NCBI GenBank assembly: GCA_030141605.1 | Contig: JAQGDQ010000103.1 | Location: 186,001-250,000, forward strand | DNA from: Tubiluchus corallicola | Taxonomy: Eukaryota > Animalia > Priapulida | Reading direction: 5' to 3' | Length of the DNA: 64,000 bases | Shown: piece by piece, positions 52,783 through 64,000 of the stretch | How positions within the stretch are numbered: position 1 is the stretch's first letter | How the letters are laid out: every line of letters begins with the position of its first letter | Notes under the pieces: generated by a model | Told to the model about the DNA's origin: nothing | Seen by the model: the letters and a program-made list of their open reading frames with translations, nothing else | Database searches by the model: none | Program-made: the position numbers and the translations under genes

Positions 52783-53307
52783 TAATTAGTATATTAGTTA
52801 ATAGATTAATCAACTGTTCAATAACAGCCGCGACAAATACGGATTAAACAACAGTCAGGAAAGCAAATGAAATGCCGTAACAAAAATCATGCAGTACGCA
52901 CGCAATCCAGGTTCCAAAACCTGTCTGAAACACCATGTCTAGGAAAGATTTTTGCTCATCTACGGGTTCGATGAACGCTGTTTTACCATCTTTCTTGCAC
53001 ACAGACTTTTATTAAACGTGCTTAACTTTTTGTCTTCTCAGACAAACTCTTCAAGTTCAGGTCTGAGGGCTCAGAACAAAAATCTGTCGGACAAAACTAG
53101 ATCAGACCAATAAAAAACAGTCGTTTTTGTCACGTGTAATCTAATAATTATTTATTGAGATTGCTTTTGGTTTGCTTCATACAAAATTTTCAGTTTCGGA
53201 GAAAATTTTGTTTGAGACAATACATTCAGTGCAGAATGACTTGTGCCATTAGCATAAGAGTTCTTGTAAACTGTCATGCAAAAATACAGTGAGGAAACTA
53301 CACTCAC

Positions 53308-53494
53308 CTGCACACGGTGTGAACTTGGTTTAAAATTGAATTTCGCATACCAGACGTGTGAGCAATCTCAGCAGTTGACGTTTGCTCAGCCATCATCTGT
53401 TGTACAGAAGCATAAATGCTCAGACATTGTGGAGGAACATTCTCTATTTGGTAAAATGGCCCCAAATCACAAGCATAACTTCCAATAACCAAGG
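53308..53494 (-). CDS. Gene A exon 2: (A)LVIGSYACDLGPFYQIENVPPQCLSIY...NQVHTVC(R)
   Basis: ORF 53304..53528; tttctacatttgtttcAG acceptor, CAG|GTGAGT donor, phase 1->2. Confidence 0.88.
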
Positions 53495-53649
53495 CTGAAA
53501 CAAATGTAGAAACTTGAGCTGACAGCATAGAAGGATTGAATTTATAGAGACCTTGAAGTACATTAGACTGAAGTTAGACTGAAGACTGTTGTAGACTGCT
53601 TCGCACTGGTGGTTGAAACAAAACTATGAAATTGTGTTGAACTGTGAAA

Positions 53650-53910
53650 TACTTTATTTTTATTTACATAATACACTCATTTGCGGGAAAGAAGACCTTA
53701 TGGTAACCATTCAACAGCAATGCTCAAGAAGAACCGAGAGGCACAGGCTGGCCTTCGCAGAGCTACCCAAGTCACATGCACCCACTTAGCTTAAACGATT
53801 GGCTACTAAAACACACTAGCGATCAACACTACCATATATGGGAAGCCCAGCAGGTACAGGTGCCTGAGCAGCAGACCAAGGCCACAACGGGGATTAAACT
53901 TGACTCAGTT
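53650..53910 (-). mobile_element. Probable SINE in gene A intron 1
   Basis: The minus strand has a B-box-like AGTTTAATCCCC, a GC-richer body and an A-rich AATAAAAATAAA tail at ~53655. Confidence 0.4.
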
Positions 53911-54084
53911 CAACAGTAAATAATTTTAAGTATAGGTGGCAGCACATATTAACTTATTATTGTAGTACTTTAAACTAAGAATCGCAAATGAAATGTACGA
54001 CAACAAACACGGTCATTATGTCAACCCATTGAAAATGCTGAATTTGGTTGGCCAGACGTAAGAGTTAAACTCCGGAGAGCCGTT

Positions 54085-54270
54085 GACAATGAGGTGGCTT
54101 AGCGGCCTAATGGCATCTGATTTGTAAGTAAGAAGGTCCTTAGTTCAAATTCAGGCTGTGTTCCAACTTTTCCACACGTATTTAAATTGTAATTAGATCA
54201 GTGTCAGATCAGTAATTAGATCAGTGTTAGATCTAGTGTCAGACACCCAGGCACCATTGAGGATTTATAT
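54085..54270 (+). mobile_element. tRNA-derived SINE
   Basis: A box GTGGCTTAGCGG, anticodon-loop-like TTTGTAA, B box AGTTCAAATTC; stems are broken and a non-tRNA body follows. Confidence 0.55.
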
Positions 54271-55015
54271 CATTATATAATCAAAAATTATTTAAATGCC
54301 ATAACTTTAGAAGGAATATCCAATTAAGCTTGAATTTTTAATGAGAGATTAAAAACAATTTGTTTTGTATATTTAAAACAACATGTAAACAAACAGCCAC
54401 CAAATTACACGTTTTTGTTTTTTTCCACTGCCGACACTATATCGACTATATAAAAAAAACTAAACACAATTATTTGAATGAAAATGGCTGCAGTTTTTCT
54501 GACTGCATTTTGATTTATGTGTTATCTTTGCACGTTACGAAAATAAATAGCTATGCGTGTTCGAAACAGACTCAATAGGAAAACACTCCAAATTAATTTC
54601 TAGCAAGACCACGTGTAATATAACCAATAGTCCGTTCTTAAAGTCAAAGCTCTTTCATTAATTTCTCAGTACACTGTTAAAATAACTGAAGCTACAGGTT
54701 TTCTAGCTTTAAAAGATAAAAACCAAACATACAAGGCTCTTAACAATGAGTGGTTGAGTAGGAAAAGGCGTAATCCCTCAAACGTTTTGGGTTTTTAGTC
54801 ACTACGGAGCCCCATATCCATCATGATGTGTAGTTTAGCAAGATTTTTGGTTTTTGTAAGGAAATATGGCGTAATCATTATGTAGCTTTATAATCAATTC
54901 TATTTTAGTGTCAGTTCTAAATTATAACGTAATCAACAGTATCATTCTGACACGCTGGGTTGTTGTGTGAGGCACAAATACCGCATTGCTAAACAAAATA
55001 AAATCATGGACATAC

Positions 55016-55070
55016 CAAAAGTAATCCACCAAAATGGAAAGACAATTTTAGAAAAATCAGACTTGAGCAT
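55016..55070 (-). CDS. Gene A exon 1 (signal peptide) MLKSDFSKIVFPFWWITF(A); whole gene encodes a 270-aa secreted Cys-rich protein of unknown family
   Basis: ATG at 55070, G|GTATGT donor in phase 1. Joining gives signal peptide MLKSDFSKIVFPFWWITFALVIGSYA-C; total CDS 55+187+269+130+172=813 nt with no internal stop. Confidence 0.8.
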
Positions 55071-56052
55071 ACAAGTAGAAATAGTAAAGTTGTTGAGGGA
55101 AAAACACTAAAATGTGGAATTTAGTTGCTTTAAAAATGAGCTTAATGTATCTTCAGCAATGAGAAAGGAACGAATTTTTTAAATAAATGCAGGTAACTAA
55201 GCTCTGTCCTTTAAACCGGTGTGCTATATGCAGACACTTAGGCACCATGTAGTCTTGCAAGCATAAACACTAAACAATACAGAGAAACCCAATCCAATTT
55301 TTGTCTAAATCAGGTTGCAAATAGTTTAAACTTTTAAGTTATCACCACTTTCACACAGTTAACATCAAGTTTCTCAGCATATAGCAGATGCATTAGTAAT
55401 ACAAACCAATTTTAAATAATCAGCTTACATTCGAAAGCAAAAGCCATGTAAATCATTTTCCACATTATTGAGACGTAATTCAAAAAATCTTGATCTTGAA
55501 TATGCGGCATTTTCCCAAACGACCAAAGGTTAAAAGACCAAACCATTAGTGAGGCGACACCAAATAGTTCAGATCAAAACTTTTCGGTTGATTTGCAGAA
55601 AGTCAAATTTCATCCCGTAGACAGTAACGACGCTTGGCCAGGAAGCCACGCGCGTTTGCAGATCTGTTATGCATAACAAAGAAGCTTTATGCCGTTATCC
55701 AACAGCTTACTAGTAGCCATAGTGCCCTGCCATAGTGACGTCATCAGATATTATTGTGTCATGAGAATGAGAGTTTATCTGCCAAACGATCATTTCAACT
55801 CATCAACCACTTCCAATGCTATAAATCAAGCCAAAAAGGATAATTAGTGTATTTGGTACTGCAATATTAAGGTACACAATATATCATTATAAAATCAAAG
55901 ACTAAAATTCAAATTGTGTAAAAAAACGTGGATCTAACTAAAAAAAATTCAAAAGAAATGTAAAAAATAACTGCTAAGTCGAAAGGATTACCTGCACATA
56001 AAACAAAACAAGACCCGATGTTAAACTGTAGGTCAATCTACTCTTTAAAATA

Positions 56053-56615
56053 TTGAAAGGAAGCATACTATTTTTTCAAAAATGACTTAAGTGAAAGAAT
56101 TATTACCACACAAATGCAATTTCGCTTTCGCACCACTAGCTCTTCGCTGTTACATGCATTTCGCCATGCTCTAATTATACCAACACTAGCGCCTGCATTT
56201 CGGAAGCGCATTGCACAGAAAACAGGCACTGTACCTCTCAGTTCAGGTGCATTAATTTGTGACGAACGACACACATTCGACAGCTCATGCGTGAGCACAG
56301 CGGTATATTTGAAATTTGAATTTTTATCTTAAAACTTGCCTAGTTTTAGTACAACACACTGAATATCTTACAGTAGGAATGTATAGTACTTCAATTTTCG
56401 TTTTCGCAGCACGTGCAACCCTCGTTGAATGTTTTTGCTGTTGAAAATTTGTTCGTGATGTCATCAATAGTTGGGCTCACCCGCCGTTAATTAAGATTTT
56501 AATCTATTATTTGATTATCGGAACCGCTTTTGCAGTATTAATTGTGTTCAAATGTATACTTTTTACGTACTTGAAAATGTGGCAGTATATGAAAAATCAT
56601 CCTGTCTTCTTTTAA
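56053..56615 (-). mobile_element. Kolobok/T2-like MITE family B
   Basis: Collinear with 3040-3341; ends ATGAAAAATCATCCTGTCTTCTT|TTAA. Confidence 0.78.
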
Positions 56616-57204
56616 AATTAATAAACTTGTTAATTCCCCAAGACTGGTTCTTTCCGGTATTTATCTGCAAATTTTTAATGGAGCTACAAAAGAATACGAT
56701 TTTCTCAGAAGAAACATAATGTGTGTTACGCCGTTCTTTCACTAAACCACAGAGTTAACAAAATGTCTTTGGTGAGGCTTGGAAGGTTAACTGGCTACTG
56801 CAAAAATCAATTATGCCTGTTAAAAGATAATTCTTGGCATTAATATTATAATACTGAATTCAGGAAAAGAATATAATACATATAAGGTAAAACAAAGAAA
56901 ACGTCGTTTATTTAAAGAACTTGTTATGAATTTAAAATTAAATTTTGCTTCTTCAATTAGATCTTTTCTGTTTCTTTTGTGTAAGACTAATTCAATGTTT
57001 CCACAGCTGATCTATTCAAAGTAGACAATTAACTTTGCTGTCAAACTTTCTGCAGCTCTTTCATCTTAACGATGATAAATACAGAATTAACTCGTTAATA
57101 ACGTGAAAGCAAAGAATTTATAATTAAGATAATGTTCTGAGGTAATGGTGGGTGACGTAGTGAAATGTGATGAAATGAAGGGGGGAATGACGGACAGATG
57201 CAAT

Positions 57205-57310
57205 AAGCGTTTTCCCAGTTTCAGCGATTGATGATGATCGTGAAAAGGTCAAGGTTAAGTGTAACAGTCAGTGCATTTGTGTACACTTCACAACGCCTCG
57301 CCGCCCATGA
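57205..57310 (-). repeat. Interspersed repeat family D fragment
   Basis: GATGATGATCGTGAAAAGG..GCATTTGTGTACACTT..AACGCCTCGC is the reverse complement of 39140-39215. Confidence 0.7.
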
Positions 57311-57368
57311 TAAACGTCCAGAATAAACTTTATGGCTACGTGATGACTGCTAGGACAACTGAAACAGA

Positions 57369-57902
57369 TAGGGTTACCACCTCGTCACGAGCCGAAATCA
57401 GGTGTTAAGATGGAGCCCCGTAAGCCAATGCGCTTCTCGTATTTTAGACGTTTTATGAGCCCCTTTTTCAGAAACAGAAATAAGAAAATTAAAACAGAAA
57501 GTAGTACAAATTTCTTAATTTTGGACTCTAAAAAACCTCAAGCCCCTAAAATTTACAAAAGTCTAAGCAGTGCACATTAATTTTTGGTGTTCCTTCCCAG
57601 TCCTATTACATTTATTAGGTTTTTGAGATTTCTAGAGATAGATGGTGAATTAAACTTAAACCGGAAAAATGTTTGCATTACGTATTAAACGGAAGCCATG
57701 TAACCATTTAAATTTAATTTAATAAGCTAATTATTTTAAATAACAAAGATTTCGCTTAACCTTATGCAATGGTTGAACAGCATGCAAAATGTATTTCCGT
57801 TTTTTCCACTTAAAGTTCAATGTGAATCAGTTCAATCAGAATTCTTCAAAAATACGACTGAATTAGAGACTCCAGGCCAAATCAGAAGTGGTGGTAACCC
57901 TA
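57369..57902 (+). mobile_element. hAT-like MITE (TAGGGTTACCACC TIR)
   Basis: TIRs TAGGGTTACCACC / GGTGGTAACCCTA; interior collinear with 29631-30296; TSD decayed. Confidence 0.78.
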
Positions 57903-58663
57903 GTGTCAGAGCATGATAATCACAAGTATCACAAAGAAGCTAAAAATTTCTGGCTGAAACAACCCAGCTCAGAAGTTCTAGCCAGACGTACCGTTCGTTA
58001 ACAACGCTTTTCTTCCCGTTTGACAGAGTATTGGCGTACTAAATGTTGTTAGAAGAGAGTTGTAATCTCTGAAATTTGAAAAGTGGAACCAGGACTTGCA
58101 ATTTGCACAGATGTTGTAGCGGACGATGAGTCGTTAGCTGATATTAACCTGGTGGGTGTGTACACAGGTATTTTACCTCTCGGCATTACAAAGGCAATTT
58201 TTTCAAACTGCATATTCGTCATTTTACATTGAGACAATACACCTCAGTCAGAATTATGTCGATACTGTAACCGCATTAAGTGAAATAACATATCATTAGT
58301 TAGATTATGACGGTGAGTGTCAGAAGTTAATATAGGGAATGTCAGTCTTTAAAATATATCTTCAGTGTATATGTTTATATGGTGCTTGTTGGATCACATG
58401 TTTTGTATGTGTGCTACTGTGTACATTTGTTTTCGTGTATGTATAGCTTGCTTTTGGACTAAAAGTCCAGTGACTGGAATGTATGTATTTCTTTTATTTA
58501 TTTTATACTACTACTACAATTCTTTACTGCTCTTTTCGGTGAGAATACGGGGGTACTCAATGCTCTTAGATGAGACCTGAGAAAGGAGTCTAAGTTGACA
58601 AGAAATGGATGCTATGACTGATAGAGAAAAACGCAACGGTATGAAACGTGCTAAACGGAAATA

Positions 58664-59152
58664 AAGAGTGTCTCAGAAGCTACTTCAAACTTTACATTTT
58701 CTATATTTTTTAACAAATGCAGCAAAATGTTTGAAAATTGCTACAGATGAACTAAAACATTGGGCAGTTATTTTAGTCAAATTACATGAAGATATGAAAA
58801 CGACTACTGCATTAGCAGGTTTTGCTGTTTTCACTGCATTCTTCAGAGACCTCAAGAGCCTCAAAGACCAATCCAATGTCAAGTCGAGCATCTTGCATTG
58901 AGAGAGTATCTTACAGACCATGAGTGATGAGGAAGGGCTGCACCTTGTTGAAAAGCTGTATATAGTGAGAGGATAGTGTGGTTCATATGGTGCTATGAAT
59001 TTCTGCTGAACTTCAGTTGGTGATCGAAGAACCTCCATTCAGACTGAAATTGCATCTCATCTCGTTTAACGTTACTGTCATCACCATAGAAACGGGCTTC
59101 AAGTTTGTTAAATAAAGAATGTAAAGTGTATAGTGACTTCTGGGACACCCTG
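58664..59152 (+). mobile_element. Tc1/mariner-like MITE
   Basis: TA|AAGAGTGTCTCAGAAG ... CTTCTGGGACACCCTG (CAGGGTGTCCCA-type TIR); diverged copy at ~60410-60965. Confidence 0.65.
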
Positions 59153-60409
59153 AACATAAACATGTCCTTCTATCGGGAGGAAAGAGTCTGTGGAGTTGGC
59201 ATAATGACAATGAAATGTGAGGAAGCAATCCAAGGCAGTAGCCTGCCCTCATTTGACAGACGTCAGTTTTGCATGCTAAATGAGATCTTGAATTTTTAAC
59301 CGCATTTTAGTACCGTGAGTCTTGAAATATGAGTTGGAAATATTGTAAAACAGATCCTTACATTATGTCAGATATTTTATCGAAAATTTTACAAATTCTT
59401 ATTTCATTTTAATGTAACGCTACTAGCCATTCTTTTTAGTGTCTGCAAATACTAACTAGAGGCTCTGGAAGTCGTTTTCCGTACACGATTTTATGCGTGC
59501 TCGATACAGCAGTCAATTCTGAAATATCCTGTTAATTAAAATGAGACAGGCCCATTGATATTCTGATGTGTATCCAACCAAAGTATTGTAGTAAATATTT
59601 CAAATGAATAGTATTAAATATTATATTATATATACGCTGGTGGTTACAGCATTTTTATAGTAAATAAATTTGTTTCTTGCAAAGTGCCAATCGATAAACT
59701 TAAACTTAAACATAAACATAGATGGGTATTTCTGAAACAGAAACTATTTAGTATCAATTAAAGTGAACAGAAAGTCTCTGCTGTTACAGAGACAGACGCT
59801 AGTACTTAAGCGGAGCCTGGTTTTCCTGGTTTGGCCACCAGGTTTCATTTGGAAATTTTTATATTGACTTTTTGTGGTTCATACAAGAAAAGGCTATTAG
59901 ATAGAACATGTATTTGCGTCTAGAAACCACTTTGAACTGATGAGAGGGAAAAGACAGTGAAGAGAGAAACCGACTGTTTCTTATGATACGATTACAACAT
60001 CGAAAGAGTAGCTAAAGTAATTATATAGGCTACCATCCATACATGTCCATGGCGCCTCACTCTCTAGCTAGCCACTGTGGCAGTGCAGTCATATTTTGAC
60101 ATCTCTCGACTGCTGATATAACTATATATCAGGTGACGCAGAAAAAATGCGTTGAAGTTTAGACAATAAAAGTAGAAGCAAGTGTCAAGTACAAAGTTGA
60201 AATATAATAGTTTTGTGTTACAATACTTTAACTTTTGGCTGTGAAAGTTACAGGTTAGGGCCTTTTTAAGTTACGACCGAAAAATGTTTAGTGCTGCGGC
60301 CAAGTACCCGTTAAAGAAGTGAGAAACTGTGGCAGTTGTTGGAAGAAATAACCTTCATCTAGTTTGCAGTGAAAATGGTGGCCACAAGAGCACTTGTTGT
60401 AAATTTTAC

Positions 60410-60965
60410 CAATAGCGACACAAGTCTCTGTACACATTTCTATATTTTTTAGCAAACTAAGCAAAACGTGTGAGAATTGGTAGAGAACAACTAAAATCTT
60501 TGGCTAATTAGTCAAATTAGATGAAAATCTGAAAAAGAACTACTACACTAGCAAACTTTGATATTTTCGCTGGTTTCTTCAGGAACATCAAGAGTCTTAG
60601 ATACCAACCCAACGGCATCTCTGCTATCTTGCATTGAGAAAGTCTCTCACACCTAATAAGTGGTGAAGAAGAGCTGTTTCTTGTTGAAAAACTACATTGT
60701 TAATGGTGAGAAAATAGTGTTCTGGTGTTATGGTGTTATGGTGCTCCATATGGTGTTCTGAACTTCAGTTATCGATCAAAGGACATGCTTGCGTCAGAAT
60801 GATTTCGCTCCTCATTTCTAATGTTACTGTCGTCGCCATAGCAACGGGCTCTCAGTCAAAAATAAATAAAAATAATTGCCAAAGATCACTGTTGATTCAC
60901 GAAAGAGCTTGCTGAGATTGGAGAAAACTGGAATCAACGTGTATAGTGACTGTTGAGACTCCCTA
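60410..60965 (+). mobile_element. Tc1/mariner-like MITE, diverged copy
   Basis: Shares ATCTTGCATTGAGA, CTTGTTGAAAA, GAACTTCAGTT, GTTACTGTC..CCATAG..AACGGGCT and GTATAGTGAC with 58664-59152. Confidence 0.6.
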
Positions 60966-61395
60966 TTTTATTGTCCGGAGTAAAAAATAAGTCTGTCACA
61001 TCGTACTTTCGTAATGCCTTGTAAATGAGTCCCTGTAGATTAACGATTATTGCGCAAAACACCGTTAAACTGCGAATAAAACGAAAACATTGTCAAGATG
61101 TGAAACTATTGTAAATAAATAATAAGTGAGGCTTTTAAACATCTTTTGCACAGCATTAAAATTTTTATTGTAAAGGCATAAAAACATCATATGACAACAG
61201 AAATTTCTTGAACATAATTACACAGCGAAAGTGCCAAGTGTTTTAGTGAATATATTAGCACTACTAGCATCAAATACTTTTTGTTGGAAAAGGGATTTAT
61301 GTTCTTGCACAAGAATGGTGGGCTTGTAGGTCTATAATGTTGAGTAAATTCTTAAACGTACGTGCTCAAAATGGCGCACTCGAATAGCGGTTGTC

Positions 61396-61900
61396 TTAAA
61401 GGTTAAATTTAACGTCAAGGTTAAGTCAATTAACAAAAAGATCAAGTTTTTTTTAATAAAAACAGCTAGCCGTAATTTAAAATTTGACGCTAATTTTATT
61501 AAATTTCATGGCTTCCTTCCTAATGAAATCGGCCTTCGAAGTTGCATTTTTCCCAAAAACATTTTGCTCGGTTTTGCTCGTGAAACGTCGGAAAATCACA
61601 GCCTAAATAAATGTTCCAGCAACGGCTCCTCGGATACCGCGTTTGTTTCTATGACGCTGAATTTGTAAACAATACTACACAGCGAAATGTGACACGTGAT
61701 AGCCAAATGCTGCCATAAATAAGAACTGAATTTTCCTGGCGTCACCCAATGAGTAAAATTCTTTGGAAATGGCATCTTCACACCCAATTTCCTCTTATAT
61801 AAAGTTAAAGTTAAAAGCATCAGAAAATCTTAGCTAGAGCATTTATTTTCTATTTTTCTGTAAAACAACATAAATTATTCTGCACTATTTTGACCTTTAA
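61396..61900. mobile_element. Kolobok/T2-like MITE (fourth family, single copy here)
   Basis: TTAA|AGGTTAAATT ... ATTTTGACCT|TTAA. Confidence 0.55.
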
Positions 61901-62273
61901 CTAACGTCCATAATTTTATTGGGAGTGAATCCTACGATACGGTAATGACTTTGAAATTAACTCTTTCTTAAACAAATATTGGCATCAATCATTAACAGCT
62001 GATCAATCTAATTGAACTTAATCGAAGTTTTTATAACAACTCACAAATAAATTGTTAACGCAAGTAGCAAAACAATAATAAAAACAATGACAACAAAGCA
62101 GCAAACTTAACAAACCGGCATGTAACACATGTAAGCAAACAAACAACCAATCTTAACAAAGTGCACAATTAATGCACAAAGATGTAAAACAATTAGGTTT
62201 AAACAGCTACTACCAAAAGCCTTAATAAATTACTAATCCACTATAACCGACTGAAAATTCTCAACAGTTGACT

Positions 62274-62738
62274 TTAATACTCTTTCCTTCCATAACCAAA
62301 CTCATACGACGGAACATAGTTCCGGTAATCAGCATAGGGAGGGGTATATATCAACCCACTAGGAACTTGTGCAATCCGGTATCCCAAATGCCCCAGTCCT
62401 CCATAACCGGGACCTCCAACACCTCCATGAGCTCCACCGTACCCACCTCCATAGCCCCCTCCGTAACCGCCTAGCGTGCCGTATTTACTGCCTGGTCCAC
62501 TTCCGAACCCGCCAATGCCGCCCCCGTAACCGTCAATTCCATAGCCGCCGTAACCGCGGTGACCGTAGCTGGGACCGTCTACGTTGTTGCCGGCGTAGGT
62601 GCTGTAGTATGGATAAGTTTTTCCGAACCGTGCACGTCGACCAGTGTAACCACCATCATCGTGATAATTGTCGTCAGCAAAACTGAAGCTGTCAGCGTAC
62701 CCGACACCGCTGCTCTGAACCAATTGCACAGTAATAAG
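62274..62738 (-). CDS. Gene B exon 2: secreted Gly/Tyr-rich protein (shematrin/cement/cuticle-like composition)
   Basis: Acceptor ccgtttctattttAG in phase 0, LITVQLVQSSGVGY...GGYGGGYGGGYGG...EFGYGRKEY*. GC-rich, with varied Gly codons, so not a microsatellite. Confidence 0.92.
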   Translation of the reverse strand, partial: LITVQLVQSSGVGYADSFSFADDNYHDDGGYTGRRARFGKTYPYYSTYAGNNVDGPSYGHRGYGGYGIDGYGGGIGGFGSGPGSKYGTLGGYGGGYGGGYGGAHGGVGGPGYGGLGHLGYRIAQVPSGLIYTPPYADYRNYVPSYEFGYGRKEY

Positions 62739-62885
62739 CTAAAATAGAAACGGATAATTTGTTTAATCGTGTAAACTTTTAGATGGTGAGTTAGTGGGCG
62801 AGAAGTGGTTATTACTTTGTCATGGGATTCCAAAGTTTGGGTACATTAGAAACTGCAATTCATACCTAATAATATGGCATATAAA

Positions 62886-63085
<200 letters not shown>

Positions 63086-63814
63086 AAGAACAAGAATAGC
63101 TTTTCGAGTTTCCTGAAGCCTTTTTGGGGACATGTTTTGTAAACAATATTTTACTGCGGGTCTACTTTTTTAAATCAAAACATTTTTTACCATTTTCCTC
63201 AAAAAATCTGTTAACAACGGTGTAAGTAGTATTCCGTATTTATAGTAAGTTCTCACTTGCCCTTTGGCAGTATCTCTTTTAAATAGTACCTCATTTCAAC
63301 AGGTACCTCTTTTCGCTACCAAAATCTCTGTTTAATGATTTCTTATATTTTTTCACAGCAGATGGCGCCAATACGCATATATATATATATTCTCTATTGC
63401 TTGTTTCGTGTCTCACTGAATCAGTGAATCCGAATCGCCACCAAAGCTGTATTGATTTGTCATTGATCTGGGATGATTTTTTGATACTGACCGACTGAAC
63501 TGATTTATTGATGCTGATATGCCGACATATTGCGACATTGAAAATACCAGACAGCGTACAAGCCTCTCCAGTTTTTACTCAGTCTATAATTAACCTTGAT
63601 ATTTCATCACCAAAATTCTCTCATTAATTATGCAAGCCATTTTTGAAGGTGTAAACATGTAAAGTGCTGACACCTTTTAAGAGCAATATTAAACAATACG
63701 CAACAAGCTCAGGATTTTAGATAACTTCTTTTTAGTTATGAGTACCTATGTCTATGCACGTTAATTATTGTAAATTAATTAATCAAGACTTGCTTGTCTT
63801 TCAAGAGACTCGAT

Positions 63815-63947
63815 TATAATTTAAACAACTTGATTATCATTTAAACAGCCGAATTGTCATTTAAGCAACTGGATGTAATTTAAATAACTTGATATCATTT
63901 AAGCAACTGATTTGTCATTTAAGCAATTGGATTGTCGTTTAAGCAAA
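63815..63947. repeat. ~20-bp degenerate minisatellite (ATTTAAGCAACTGGATTGTC)
   Basis: About 6 imperfect copies just inside the gene B intron. Confidence 0.8.
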
Positions 63948-63966
63948 TAAGGAGCAGATCACTTAC

Positions 63967-64000
63967 CAGAAAACTGGCCACAAACAAGAAAACTGCTTTC
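63967..64000 (-). CDS. Gene B exon 1 (signal peptide), cut by window edge: (AT)G-KAVFLFVASFL
   Basis: G AAA GCA GTT TTC TTG TTT GTG GCC AGT TTT CTG|GTAAGT, phase 0; joins exon 2 to give (M)KAVFLFVASFLLITVQLVQS. Confidence 0.85.

Noticed and set aside
54085-54165. Functional tRNA (Thr-TGT-like)
   Set aside because: Acceptor, anticodon and T stems do not pair properly; treated as a SINE head.
58685-59252. Protein-coding ORFs in a duplicated segment
   Set aside because: The segment has Tc1/mariner-like TIRs, and the second copy at ~60410-60965 does not preserve the reading frames.
62268-62747. Plus-strand ORFs overlapping gene B
   Set aside because: Antisense shadows of the GC-rich Gly-coding exon.

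Overview
AT-rich, intron-containing eukaryotic DNA, most consistent with an invertebrate animal. The organism cannot be identified from the sequence, and nothing prokaryotic (operons, CRISPR, rRNA) is visible. Most ORFs in the track are translations of microsatellites or decayed repeats. Two minus-strand spliced genes can be built by hand with GT-AG junctions and matching phases. Gene A has 5 exons (55070->50937) and encodes a 270-aa secreted, 10-Cys protein of no family I recognise. It appears to be built from a duplicated two-exon module and has a 124-bp near-perfect palindrome just upstream of the exon 3 acceptor. Gene B has 2 exons (>64000->62274, the ATG is cut by the window edge) and encodes a ~166-aa secreted Gly/Tyr-rich protein with an acidic pro-segment and Gly-dibasic processing motifs. 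The first ~49 kb is intronic or intergenic and dense in repeats: several TTAA|AGG (Kolobok/T2-like) MITE families, hAT MITEs, Tc1/mariner-like MITEs, Helentron-like (HINE) elements, a probable BEL/Pao-type solo LTR, LINE 3' fragments (CR1, R1/I-like, RTE-X-like), tRNA-derived SINE heads and many micro/minisatellites. It also holds a few weak candidate exons. All coordinates were read by eye, and repeat boundaries marked ~ are approximate.
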